Part shown: piece after piece, positions 39,520 through 53,203 of the stretch | Layout: each line of letters starts with the position of its first letter | Position numbering within the stretch: position 1 is the stretch's first letter | From: Octopus sinensis | Lineage: Eukaryota | Direction of reading: 5' to 3' | Length of the DNA: 64,000 nt | NCBI RefSeq assembly: GCF_006345805.1 | Contig: NC_043010.1 | Span: forward strand, 42,532,001-42,596,000 | Notes under the pieces: generated by a model | What the model was told of the DNA's origin: nothing | The model's database searches: none | The model's input: the letters and a program-made list of their open reading frames with translations, nothing else | Program-made: the position numbers and the translations under genes

Positions 39520-39967
39520 GTTATTTACATGAGGCAACATTCAAGTGTGATCATTACCAGCGTCACCTTACTGGCACTTGTGCCCATGCTAGTAGGGTGC
39601 CAAGAGCACCATCCGAGTGTGATTGTTGCCAGAGCAGCCAACTGGCACGTAAAAGGGCACCATTCGAGCGTGATCATTACCAACATCGCCTTACTGGCAC
39701 CTGTGCCAGTGGCATGTGTAAAAAGATTTGAGCAAGGTCATTGCCAGTACCGCCTGACTGGCCCCATGCCAGTGGCACGTAAAAAGCACCTACTACACTC
39801 TCGAAGTGGTTGGCATTAGGAAGGGCATCCAGCTGTAGAAACTCTGCCAGATCAAGATTGGAGCCTGGTGCAGCCGTCTGGTTCGCCAGCCCTCAGTCAA
39901 AATCGTCCAACCCATGCTAGCATGGACGGCGGATGTTAAACGATGATGATGATGATGATGATGATGA
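39520..39967 (+). mobile_element. SINE-like family C with an expanded chain of internal modules
   Basis: Several ...tggcacgtaaaa(a/g)gcacc... modules, then aggaagggcatccagctgtagaaac...gatgatgat tail. Other copies at ~25900-26190, 27361-27640(-), 37380-37680, 41851-42093 and 49856-50180. Confidence 0.78.
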
Positions 39968-41241
39968 ACATTGAACTTCTCAACTTAGCGGACAAGAATT
40001 CCAATCTTGGCTAACTTTAGACTTATTGATCATTGGGTGACCCTTATCTATTTCTGCTTACGTTCCCATGTTCATCTGGAGAATACAGTTGTTACTAAAT
40101 ACCATTAAAAGAAATGAGATCAGGTATTGAATCAATGCAGTAGAAACTGCCTTTCGTAACCAAAGTATTTTACCAAACCTTAAAACTCAACACTGGCTTT
40201 AAGATACTTATTTAAACTTTATTGCTTATAACTTCTTTTCCTATTTTAACCATGCTGCCAGAATGTTCTTGAGAGTCAACATTTGGTCATTGATTAGCCA
40301 TTCTCTTATGTTTAGTTTTGATGATATTAAAGATAAGTTAAGAAAGAACAAGTTGTTAAAGCTTATAATTGTAAATATTAGATATATATTTGAGAGCAGG
40401 CATGGCTGTATAGTAAAGAAATTTCCTTCACAATCACATAATCCCTGATTTTATCTTACAATGAGGAACTTTAAGAAAGAGTTCCTACATTAACCCAAGT
40501 CAACCAAAAGCTTGTGAAATTTGCTAGACAAAAATTATGTGAAAACTTGATGTTGATAAATAAGTACCAGATTAAGTACTTGGTGATGTCTCAGAAACAC
40601 GGGAAGTTAAAACAGAAAAAAAACTATATGGTCTTTACTTCAGTTTCCATGTCAGTAATTTTATTAAATACAATACTCAGTCATTCTATGATGTTATTGC
40701 TGTTTAACCATGGGTCTACATTCATCTAATAGATATAAGACCAAAACTGTTCCAGCCTTTCTTATTTTAAGTCAGTAAAGTGTATTTGAAGGAATTTGGA
40801 GACATTTTGAATAAAAACTACATTTCTTTATGTCCTATTTCTTATCTAATCTAAGTATCTGTTTTACACTACTTTGTTTTCTTGTGAAGGTAGGGGCATG
40901 TTTTACTCTTAAGGAGAGAGATAATTTGACAAAGGAGCATACGTTCATACATTTGATTTCTTGACTGGAAAACAAGCAGATATTTGTAACCATATTTCTA
41001 TATCTACATGTTCAAGAGTATATCTGGAATGTAAATGGCTCTCTATATAAGAATACACATAGATAGTATAAATGGGAAATACCAAACCTCATTGGCAGAA
41101 ACTTCTGTGCAATAATATTTAAATAATATTTAATGTTAATTTGAAATTCATGATATTCCTTTTAAGAATTTCACTAAAGGAATTGGTTTTTCACCTCAGA
41201 TTCTGCAAAATCTGTTTCTTAACTTTAACAATAAGCCAAAG

Positions 41242-41555
41242 TACAGGCACATTCAAAAAGTATTCAACTTTATTTTTCTCACCAAAACTAATTCCACATG
41301 GGCAAAATCTTTTGGATGGGAGGTCACAACACCCTTCCTGCACATAGGGAAGAATTTTTGTGCCAGTATGCTGCATGGATTTCTGACTGTTTTCCTAGAG
41401 TACAGGCGTGCAGTGCACACTCATCAGATTTTTGTCTTTATGCAATATGCACGAACACATGGAGCAGAGACTTGAACTCATTTGTCTCATTACCAATGAT
41501 GATGGTCTTCATGAAGTCTGGTTTGCACAGTTCAACATGTTCTGAGTGATTTCCA
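41242..41555 (-). mobile_element. Short mariner transposase remnant
   Basis: Minus strand reads PDFMKTIIIGNET, like the mariner FxxxIITGDETW motif; TIR-like tacaggcacattcaaaaagtattcaac. Confidence 0.4.
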
Positions 41556-42158
41556 TATATATGTAAAATATATCAGGAAATGAAGAACAATGGTGGCCAA
41601 ATCACTGCTCACAAACTCCTAACTTACAGCTTAACTCTTCTCTCTTGTATCATAACCAGTTGCCTTCCTCTCTTTTTCGCTGAGTAGGATTATATTATGT
41701 TTCTGTTGTACCAACAACTGTGGACAACCAATGTTGGTTTGCTCATATCTCCATAACTTAATGGTTCGCCAAAAAGAGGCAAATACACACACACACACAC
41801 ACATAATATACATATACATATATATATACGGCTTCCATGCCGCTGGCACATTAAAAGCTCCAACCGATTATGGCCGATGCCGGACCCCCCTTGGCACCTG
41901 TGCAGGTGGCACGTAAAAAGCACCCACTACACTTACGGAGTGGTTGGCGTTAGGAAGGGCATCCAGCCGTAGAAACTCTGCCAGATCAGACTGGAGCCTG
42001 GAGCAGCCCCTGGCTTCCCAAACCCCAGTCAAACCATCCAACCCGTGCTAGCGTGGAAAACGGACGTTAAACGATGATGATGATGATGATGATGTATTAG
42101 GTTTATGTTAAACATATTATACCAATATATTTTATATGTATATACATATATATCTATG

Positions 42159-42219
<61 letters not shown>

Positions 42220-43220
42220 CACACACACACACATGCACAAACACACACACATACACATTTATATAGCACAGTATTATACATCCATTTCAGCCTACTTTAC
42301 CAATTGGTTTCTTACATGAGTGCTTGGAAAAAATCAATCTTGGCATTCATGAAAAGGGCTGTTAGGAAAAGTGTGGTGGAGGCTCTAATGATCACATTTA
42401 TGGTGTGGTTCACTAATATCCAAGTACGTATCTCTATTCATGTGGGCAAGATCAGAAATTTTCACATTTACAGATTAGATAGGTATCCAGGTTAAGAGAG
42501 TTCTTTAGTATCATCCTTTTCTCTACATTGGTAGAGAAAAGAGCCTGCAACACATACTGCTATTTACACTTGTTCACACATACTCACTTACAAACACATA
42601 ACAAGTGTGTGTGTGTGTGTCTCATTCTCCATTACCTTCAGTACATGTCTTAGACTATAATTTTGAAAAGTACAAAATGTATTCTACTACCTAAATATTT
42701 TTTTTTTCATAGAAGGGGAAACTTATTTCCCAAGTGTTACATATAATGGAGATATTACAGAAATTTACTGATATGATGGAAATATTCAAGATTGCAAGTA
42801 CAGATAATATTTCCCTGTTTAAAATATTACTAGTACCTATATTTCTATGATACATTCATAATAATTAAATTAGACATATTGTTCTGAAGTACCATCAAAA
42901 TACTGCCCTGCAGTGAAACTGATATCAAATGGTATTATACCATTCAACACAGAACGTAAGATTGTTTTTTGTATGTCACTATTGGTAACCAATAACTTTG
43001 CCATAATTGGTTTCCACTTAACTAATTTACCTGTTTAGTATTTCTGAAAGCAAGAATGACAAGAGTGTCAAATATTACAATGGCCCTTACTCAAAGACCA
43101 CCTGGTTTTCTGTGGTTTATTCTTTTTACTATTGTATACGTCTTTTGACAATAAATCACTGCATATTGTGCCACTTGTGTGTTTATGTATGTATGTATGT
43201 ATGTGTGTATGTATATATAG

Positions 43221-44430
43221 CTTGGGTCACTAAAGGATAACGAATGATCCTACCTCAAATGAACATTGCTTGAGATCAAAAATGAACACAAACACTCCCA
43301 TGAAAAGGAGAGGGCAAAAAAGGAGGACAAGGCTGTCAAAAATATTAAGACAAACCCTAAAGCCTTCTATAGATATTCAAAACAATCTGCTTCAGTAATG
43401 TACAAAAGAGGGCAACTGCTTGAAGAAAACGGCTCACTGACTGCAAACCCTCAGAGGATTAGTGAAAGACTGAATGTGGAATACAAGAGTGCCTTCATCA
43501 CTCCACTGGGACACTTGCAAATAGCTATGCCTCATTAGTTCTTTGACTCCACAGATCTACACAACAAAATGGCAATTATTGACAGCATCAACATAGAGGA
43601 AACTGATGTGATATTAGCCATTGATGAAATGAGCCCAACTTCAGCCCTGATGGATTCCCAGCAATCCTCCTAAAGAAATGCAAAGGGGCTCGAGCCAGAC
43701 CACTTCAGATTCTCTTCCAGAGCTTCCTCACAACAGGGAGACTTTCCAAAATGTTAAAGGAAGGCAGTATATGCCCTATCCATAATGGAGATAGCAGAGC
43801 AGATGCTAAGAATTATAGACCTTTCTCTCCAACTCCCTGTGTCAGCAAAGTCGTGGTGCGCATTGTCAGGAAAAAGCTAATTGCATTCCTTGAAGATAAT
43901 GACTTGCTTCTTGACACCCAGCATGGCTTTCACTCAGGCAGAAGCTACTTTACACAGTTTATGCAATACTACAACTGAGTGTTAAAACAATTCATGAATC
44001 GCTCAAATGTAAATGTGATATATCTCGACTTTGCAAAGGCCTTTGATAAGGTTGATCGTGGGATGATATGTCACAAACTATGGAGACTCAGCATAACTGG
44101 GAAAATTGGAGAGTGTTTGGATGACTTCTTAAAAGACAGGAGCCAAGCTGTAGTGGCCAAAGGAGCCTTCTCCACGGAGACATTAATAGTAAGTGGAGCG
44201 CCTCAGGGAACTGTATTGGGGCCACTACTGTTCGCGACAGCTCTTTCAGATATGTCATCAGTTACACAGATAGCCTCACTTACTAGCTATGCCTACAATT
44301 ACTACAAGCAGTCAACGAACCTTCTGAAGCTAATCTTCTACAGAAATACCTAGATGCCATATATAAATGGGCTGAGGACAACAACATGCAATTTAATGCA
44401 GGTAAATTCCAAGTCCTCCGCTACCAGCTA
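43221..44430 (+). mobile_element. Decayed CR1/Jockey-like LINE reverse transcriptase fragment
   Basis: KNIKTNPKAFYRY...KNYRP...QHGF...YLDFAKAFDKVD...SGAPQGTVLGPLLF motifs with stops and frameshifts. Confidence 0.88.
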
Positions 44431-44431
44431 A

Positions 44432-44726
44432 ATGGTGCTCAGAAATCACAGCAATAACTCTCAGTACATGTCCTCAGATTGCACTGTCCACAGATTGACA
44501 CCCAAACACTCTGAAACGTTCATACTGGAGCTTCCAGTGTGAATGCCAAGCAGTACAGTATGTTTCTAAATTTCTGGCAAAGTGAATTGCTTCATGGTGC
44601 TGTTTTTCTCATATACAGTACCCAACTAAACCTACTACACTGTGTAGTCAACAAAATCAAAAACAAACAATGCGCATGTGCAAAATTAAAAATATAAAAT
44701 GGAGACACTTTACTCATTGCACCCTA
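44432..44726 (-). mobile_element. 5' end of the maT-like family seen at 6133-7014, in inverted orientation
   Basis: Reverse complement matches 6133-6330 (agggtgcaatg...gaaaaacagcaccatga...aattcact...gtactgcttggcatt) and extends further into the N-terminal ORF. Confidence 0.8.
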
Positions 44727-45035
44727 TATATATACAATTGAAAAATAGGATAGATTCTTTATAAGTATTTATCAAGTAGTTAGCATGAAAAACCTCATAA
44801 GGGAAAAATCCATCAATTATTCCTCTTAAATATATTTACTCATATTAAGGGCATTAATATACATAAATGCCTTAATATGAGTATATATATATATATACCA
44901 GAGTAAACACATAAATATGAAACAAGGTGGAAAAAAGAGTACTCAAATACCAGAGGTAGAGTAATATGCTTTATTTAAAAGCAGCAGAAATATAACAAAA
45001 GCTTTTGTTATATTTCTGCTGCTTTTAAATAAAGC

Positions 45036-45136
<101 letters not shown>

Positions 45137-45176
45137 CGTGTGTGTGTATATGTATATGTGTGTGTGTGTGTGTATA

Positions 45177-45235
<59 letters not shown>

Positions 45236-46562
45236 GTATGTATACACAACAGGTTTCGTCACAGTTTCTGTTTAGCAAATTCTACTCAGTGGATATCAGT
45301 TAACCCTAGACTGTAGGAGAAAACACTTGCCCATGGTCTGCATAGTGTGACTGAACCCTGAGGTTGCACAGCACTATTCCTAACTGCACAGCAACACCTG
45401 CATCATTACACAAAGAACAATTATCTTAGGCAAGAAATATAAGATTTATCTCTGTAGTGATAATCTTATGTGTTGCAATAATCTATTGCTGTTTGAAAGA
45501 AATGCCTAACTACTATTTCTATATGAAGATCAATGTTATGAAATAATCTGAGCGCTTTCATTTCTCTCAATGGAGACTTACAGATTCAATTGAATTTCCT
45601 GATGTTGATCTTACTGGCAACATATTTTGTTATATTTGATCCAATATTCATGGCCTCACACCTCATACTATGATGTCAAAGTTAAAGAGGAATTTTTGTG
45701 TAAATGTTTATGATAAGGAAATAGCTGAACAGTCAAGCTAAAAAAAAAAAAAAGAAGAAGAAAAGCCTTGAAAATGAAGTTTAACTGTTAAAAATCGAAT
45801 AAAGTTATTACTGAACATAAATTGTATTACCCATGAAGATAGATGTTTACTTTGATAGCGTTTGTTTATGTATTGCTAAAACAAGTCTATAGAACTGAAC
45901 TAACAACTGTATTTATGTATTTCTAGATAATTACAAGATTTACTGCAGAGTTAACAAGCTACAAAGTAAATATGGAAAAATTGTGAAGATACGAAAAGTT
46001 CTTTACAAACAGTTGTAGTTTTTGTATTTTCTTAATTACATTTTCTAAACAAGAGCATTGTTAGTTATAAGGTTAGTAATAATGGACCAATCACTGCTTC
46101 ATTGCATTTGAGCAAGATGAACAAGGAGTCTCTGTGCAAATGAGTAAAGCAAACATCAGAAGGAACTGGTTGATCAATACCTCATTGACACTTTAGTCTT
46201 TCACAGATATACATCCATCACAGATATCTTTTATCTTTTACTAGCATTATGACCCGGAAACACCAGATCATAGTGCTAGTGCATGCATATACAGCTGCAT
46301 GCATGCGCACATACACGCAAGTACTGTCCAAATCTCCGATCAATCACATACAGCTAGCTGGCATTCAATTGGCGTATCAAGTTTCGGGCATTTTGATTGG
46401 GTTTTGGATAGAAAATTCACAAAAAAGTCACTTCTACTGATTTATTAATGGCTTTGCAGGGTGACTGGGGGAAATGTGAAGATGTGCACGACCACCCTGG
46501 GACGGTTTTGAATGACCATAGAAAGTGCGAGCCCTCTAACTGAAAAATTGTGGATTTGTATA

Positions 46563-46713
46563 TATATCTTTACTACCCACAAGGGGCTAAACATAGAGGG
46601 GACAAACAATGACAGACAAAGGGATTAAGTCGATTACATCGACCCCAGTGCGAAACTGGTACTTTATTTATCGACCCCGAAAGGATGAAAGGCAAAGTCG
46701 ACCTCGGCGGAAT
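46563..46713 (-). mobile_element. 5'-truncated SINE family A with TSD
   Basis: Truncated at the B box; 15-bp TSD ttgtggatttgtata at 46548-46562 and 46714-46728. Confidence 0.85.
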
Positions 46714-47128
46714 TTGTGGATTTGTATAAAGGACACAGACGCAGACATTTTGCCGTTTATATATATAGAGATTTGTTTCAATCATTAGATTGCAGCTATG
46801 CTGGGCCACCACCTTAATGAATTTTAGTGAAATGAATTGACCCCAGTTCTTGTTTTTTTAAGCCTGGTACTTACTCTATCAGTCTCTTTTGCTGAACTGC
46901 TAAGACACGAGGACATAAACATGCTAACACTGATTGTCAAGAGATGGTGGGGAATAAACACAGATACAAAGATACACACACATATGATGAGCTCATTTCA
47001 GTTTTTGCCTACCAAGTCCACTTACAAGGCTTTGCTCAGCACAAGGCTATAAAGTAGGAGACACATGGCCAAGGTGCCATGCAGCGAGACTGAACCTGGA
47101 ACCATGTGGTTCAGAAGCAATCTTCTTA

Positions 47129-47540
47129 TTTCTTTATTGCTCACAAGGGCTAAACATAGAGGGGACAAACAAGGACAGACAAAGGGATTAAGTCGATTAC
47201 ATCGACCCCAGTGCATAACTGGTACTTATTTAATCGACCCTGAAAGGATGAAAGGCAAAGTCGACCTCAGCAGAATTTGAACTCAGAATGTAGCAATGGG
47301 CGAAATACCTATTTCTTTACTACCCACAAGGGGCTAAGCACAGAAGGGACAAACAAGGACAGACAAACAGATTAAGCCGATTATATTGACCCCAGTGCAT
47401 AACTGGTACTTATTTAATCGACCCCGAAAGGATGAAAGGCAAAGTCGACCTTGGCGGAATTTGAACTCAGAATGTAACAGCAGACAAAATACCGCTAAGC
47501 ATTTTGCCCAGCATGCTAATGTTTCTGCCGGCTCACCGCC
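47129..47540 (-). mobile_element. Head-to-tail dimer of SINE family A nested in a family B SINE head
   Basis: Two tandem A bodies; ttctta duplicated at both flanks; the interrupted family B head resumes as ccacacaaccatgc. Confidence 0.75.
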
Positions 47541-48298
47541 TTCTTACCACACAACCATGCTTGTACTTATAATGATCCTACATGTCTGTAAGTATGTATA
47601 TACATACCTACAAACAGACAGATAGAAACATACATGTATGATGGCTCCTGCACAGTTTCTGTCTATCAAGTTCTACTTGCAAAGAATGATCAACCATAGT
47701 TAGGGTTGAAGAGCAATCGAATCAAAAACAGAACTACATATTTACATCGAAAATTTACCACTGCAACCATATCTAATGGAACTAAATATTACAGGACTAT
47801 ATCTGTGTGACGTTCCAATGACTATTCAATATATTCGTCATAAAATATTTCCTATATTAATATAAAAAATGCTCTCTGAATAAAAGAAACATTTCTCATC
47901 TTATATGACAAGACAGATAGAAAAATCAGCCATGTGTTTATAAATGATGTATGGCTAAAACGAATGAAAGAAGAATCAATCAATAAGTTTAAATTAAAAA
48001 TATTTTTTTTATTTTCAGTTTTTTTTCAGTAACTGCCACCAATAACTTTCTAAATTGGATCTCAGCATGACTATTCAAAATTAATGAAATGATCATAGGA
48101 TTGTCAAAAATGGCAAGAAATGTTCATTAAATAGCTATTGCTAAGAGCTGAGTGGTGTTACTGATTCAGTGCTTGAACAGAACTTCACAAATATACCAGT
48201 GAGATTTTATTGCATCATGCTGCATGGTGTCTGTTGATGACCTGAAGATAAAATACACACACACACACACACACACACATACACTTTCTCTCTCTTTC

Positions 48299-48339
<41 letters not shown>

Positions 48340-48599
48340 TTCTTTTCTAATGCCCTTCACTCTTTCAGACATACATAGGGAACGCGCTGCAATTCTCAGT
48401 CCCTGCAACTCTGCTTATTATCCAACAACCTCCATCGTACTGGCAACTAATTACTTTTCAGATGATCCAGCTTAAATTAATTTTTCCTTAAGCTTAATAT
48501 CAAGAATTTTTAGCTAATGATGCTAATCATGATACTGATTACCAAGATGATGGCTGGGGAGTGAGAGGGTGGAGGAGGATGGGGGAAGTGAGAGAAGTA

Positions 48600-48915
48600 G
48601 ATGGATGATGAGAGGGAGGGGAGAGGAGAGGACGGGAGGAAGAAGAGGGGATGGGATGGGGAGGATAGAGGAGGAGGAGGAGGAGAGGATAGAGGAGGAG
48701 GAGGAGAGGAGAGGATAGAGGAGGAGGAGGACAGGATAGAGGAGGAGGAGGAGAGGATAGAGGAGGAGGAGGAGGAGGAGGAGAGGATAGAGGAGGAGGA
48801 GGAGGAGAGGATAGAGGAGGAGGAGAGGATAGAGGAGGAGGAGAGGAGAGGATAGAGGAGGAGGAGAGGATAGAGGAGGAGGAGGAGGAGAGAGGATAGA
48901 GGAGGAGGAGGAGGT
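48600..48915. repeat. Polypurine (GAG)n/gaggatagag compound repeat
   Basis: Direct reading; explains the E/G/R-rich ORFs. Confidence 0.93.
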
Positions 48916-49239
48916 AATCAATTTAGTATTTTGAATTTCTTTGAGCTTTGACAGGCAAAGGAAACAGCAAAATATGCTCCCTTAATGTTATTACAGATAT
49001 GTAACATAAATAACACCAGCAGATCAGCAGCATTAATAGTGCTGTTATTACACTCTGAACCACCTCTGACTGAGCTGCAAAAATACTCAAGGGTCTTCCA
49101 GTCATGACCATCCCATCAATTTTAGCCTTTCGTGGGAGTGAAGGGGGATTTAAAGGACCCTTGACAACTATTTCCAGGAGATAAAGTGTGTGGAGACATC
49201 TTTTACTGTTGTTGATCTTCAGCCCATCTCAATGTGGTT

Positions 49240-49556
49240 CTGTAGTTCTCAACTATTTTTCACCTATGGACTCCATTCAATGTTTAAAAGCTAATTTCAT
49301 AGATACTTCTTTCAAAATTCCTCTTTTGTCATTCACTCATTCACTTTTATTGGTTGAACTTATATAAAGCATCCGAGAAGGAAACCTTGTAAGACATACA
49401 TTTAAATCAGAGCTTTTTAAGGAGCTTTAAAATACTACTGTAGATCCCCAGTTTACTATTTTGCAAGCAGGGACCCCTCTGCCCCCTGTCTCCTTACTCA
49501 TTAAAAATATTATATGGGCCCCTAGAGGCCATATGAACTCTGGTTAAGAACCACTG
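49240..49556. mobile_element. Degenerate hAT MITE
   Basis: ctgtagttctcaac / gttaagaaccactg termini; TSD atgtggtt / atgtagat (6/8). Confidence 0.45.
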
Positions 49557-50205
49557 ATGTAGATCAAGCAGACCCATAGATGTTCAGTCCATGACTTTCT
49601 CTTTTGCATACCATACGCTACATTAGCCAATGTATCTGTCTTTATTCTATGATTGTGTAGGGTTTGAGGGAGATTTGACTGATACATGGTTCTTCATTGG
49701 CTCCTTGTGGTAGGTTTGTCATTATTATTGTTGCTGCTGGTAGGGCAATATTCTAGAGCCATAAAATCATTATTCATAATGTTCCTTTCTTTCCCTCTTT
49801 CTCACTCTTTCTCTTTCTCTCACTCTCTTTCTCACTGTATATATATATGTATATTGCCTCGACTGGCTTCCGTGCCGGTGGCACGTAAAGAGCACCATCC
49901 GAATCATGGCCGAAGCCAGTGCCGCCTCGACTGGCTTCCGTGCTGGTGGCACGTAAAATGCACCAATCCGACCGTGGCCGTTGCCAGCCTCGCCTGGCAC
50001 CTGTGCGGGTGGCACAGAAAAAGCACCCACTACACTCACGGAGTGGTTGGCGTTAGGAAGGGCATCCAGCTGTAGAAACATTGCCAGGTAAGACTGGAGC
50101 CTGGTGCAGCCTTCTGGCTTCCCAGACCCCAGTCGAACCGTCCAACCCATGGAGAACGGACGTTAAACAATGATGATAATGATATATATATATATATATA
50201 TATAT

Positions 50206-50252
<47 letters not shown>

Positions 50253-50696
50253 CATACATACATACATACATACATACATACATACATGCATATATACAGT
50301 TCTGTGTCTGCTGTAATTGCAGTATTGTTGTTTAGGTATCATGAATTACATCAACGCTATCAATACTGTTCTTGGATTGTTGTTGGTGTTGTTGTTATTG
50401 TTGTTGTTAATAACTAGATCAGAGGTATTGCTGTTACCACTATAGCTAGTGTTGTTAATATCATTAGCTAAGAGATCAGTGCTATCACTGAGTTGCTGTT
50501 GTTGTTGTTGTTGTTATTAGCTAAGTCAAAGCTATTGCAATTACTGGTTTTATTGATATTGTTAAATAGATTTATCATATTGATATGGCTGTTGTTGCTG
50601 ATCTTAGCTTCAGCTAGATCACTGGTAACACAGCAGCAAGCAGCAGCAGCAGTAGCAGTGGTGGTGGTGGTGGTGGTGGTGGTGGTGGTGGTGGTG

Positions 50697-50765
<69 letters not shown>

Positions 50766-50827
50766 TGGTGGTTGTAGTGGTGGTGGTTGTGGTGGTGGTG
50801 GTGGAGGTGGTGGTGGTAGTAGTAGTT

Positions 50828-50862
<35 letters not shown>

Positions 50863-50870
50863 GGTGGTGA

Positions 50871-50910
<40 letters not shown>

Positions 50911-50926
50911 AGTGATAGTAGTAGTG

Positions 50927-50960
<34 letters not shown>

Positions 50961-51081
50961 CGGTGGTTATTGTAGTAGTAGTAGTGGTGTGGTGGTGGTG
51001 GTGGTGGTGGTGGTGGTAGTAGTAGTAGTGGCGGTGGTGGTTGTAGTAGTAGTAGTGGTCGTAGTGGTGGTGGTAGTGGTG

Positions 51082-51113
<32 letters not shown>

Positions 51114-51151
51114 GATAGTAGTAGTAGTAGGTAGTAGTAGTGGCGGTGGTG

Positions 51152-51191
<40 letters not shown>

Positions 51192-52262
51192 GGGGGTAGT
51201 AGTAGTAGTAGCAGCAGCAGCAGCATCTTTAGCTGCATGAGTAGTATCAATACGTCATGTATCACTGGTATCACCATTGCATTTGTTAATCATGCTAGGC
51301 TTTTAAATCTTCCATCCATTAACCATGTCATCTACTATTTCTGGTTCCTCTATTTACCCGCTGATACAATTGTAACACCCACAATCACATTATGTATTCA
51401 TTTAATACAACATGTCCTTCATTAAGTCGGTTACATTTTGCTAATATCAAGCATCCTCATAGATAATGGTGTACTGGATAACACTTACCAAAATTTTTAA
51501 TTGAATTGAATGCTGCTCCTTAGAGAAAGAAACCAAAACCTGCATGCAAATGTCAGCCAACAATCATAGTAAAAGAGAGATGTAATCATTGAAAGTAAGA
51601 ACGAATTTTGCAGAAATTTGAATTTTCAGCCCTACTTGATATGTAGGATATGTGTAGGCAGGAATTTCCTTTAGTGCACTGAGTGCAATCTATAGATGCA
51701 GAAAAGGTGAAGTGGAATAATAGGAAGGTTTACACAGAAAGTAGTGTTTGCATGTGGAAGCAGTACAATTGCCATATTTCTTCCAGTTTTTATATTCTGA
51801 GTTCAAATTCCACCTAGGCTAACTTTACCTATCATTCTTTCGAGATCATTAAAATAAAGTAACTGCCAAGTACTGGGAACAAAGTTATCAACTAACACCC
51901 TCCCCTTGAAACTGCTGACCTTGTACCTGTATCAGAAACTATTATTGCTATTGTTGCTGCTATTCAATCAGATAAATCCTTCCCCTTACTAGTTGTGGCC
52001 CTTATAACAAATTCAATATCAATAATTGTTATTAATATCAGGTCATCCCTTAAGTAATGTTGTTGTTTTTGTTTTGTAGTGGGCTTTGAAAAAATAATAA
52101 AAAAGCAAGTATGGTACCAATTCAATCAACTATATATTCCCCATTAGAATTTTATTGATGGAAAAGAATACAATTCCTTAGAGGCACTTGAAATGGACCT
52201 TCAAGAGGTTTTCTCTTCTAAGTCAGCTGATTTCTGTAGGAATGGTATAAAAAGAAATAACA

Positions 52263-53203
52263 TTCTTTTTATACCATTCCTACAGAAATCAGCTGACTTA
52301 GAAGAGAAAACCTCTTGAAGATCCATTTCAAGTGCCTCTAAGGAATTGTATCTTTTCCATCAATAAAATTTTGCAAGCTTCAGAATAAATGATAATCCAA
52401 AGGAGCAAGGTCAGGAGAATACAGAGGATGTGAAAGCCTTTCCCATCCTAGCTTCTCAATCTTGATACATGTGATTTTTGCTTTGCACTATGAGGTCTGA
52501 CATGTCATGATGGCAAATGATACCCTTTCGACTGACTAGAGGGCACATTTGTTCTGTAAGTTTTCCATTCACTCTATCAATTTTTTCACAGTACACTTGA
52601 GCTGTAGTTGTCTGGTTTTGTGGCAGGGTTTCAAAGTGTATTTCACTAAACATGTCTCACCAAATCTTTGACAAAACTTTCCAAGGATGAAAATTTTGTT
52701 TTGGATTGAACCCATTGATATCAGTGTTTAACACTCTTATAGAGTATCCACTTTTCATCACAAGTCATTAAGCAGTTCAAAAATGGAGATATTTTCTCAT
52801 GTGAATAAAAAGCAGTGCAGATATTGACAAATTCCCTTTGATTGTATTCATTCAGTCCATGTGGAACCCATTTGCCAAGCTTAGACATGATTCCAAGTTC
52901 TCGCAAATGGCAATGGACTCTTCAAAAGTTGCATATGAATTTCTTCCAGTTGCAGTTTTCAACACATCATTAGCAAAAGAGACAGGATGCTTAGAACAGC
53001 AGGTATCTTCCAAGCTAAAGTCCCCTTGTTAAAATTTATGTAACCATCGTTGGCACTAGTTAATATTCAAAACACCATTGCCATACATTTCTTGCACATT
53101 CTTTTTATACCATTCCTACAGAAATCAGCACATTCTTTACAGCATTTGATGCATTGTTGCCTCTTTTATACTCATGTCTAATGTGCTCTTCTGTGAGATC
53201 CAT
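52263..53203 (-). mobile_element. Decayed mariner (DD34D) transposase
   Basis: MDLTEEHIRH..., LGKWVPHGL, FLNCLMTCDEKWILY, YSPDLAPLDYHLF and C-terminal SKSADFCRNGI. Confidence 0.88.

Noticed and set aside
40063-40076. 14-bp minus-strand micro-exon-like unit (ctccag|ATGAACATGGGAAC|gtaagc)
   Set aside because: The splice sites are good, but it is too short to distinguish from chance without RNA data.
45926-46020. Possible alternative terminal exon for the peptidase ((D)NYKIYCRVNKLQSKYGKIVKIRKVLYKQL*)
   Set aside because: It is phase-compatible but short, has no M13 similarity and is expected by chance in 47 kb.
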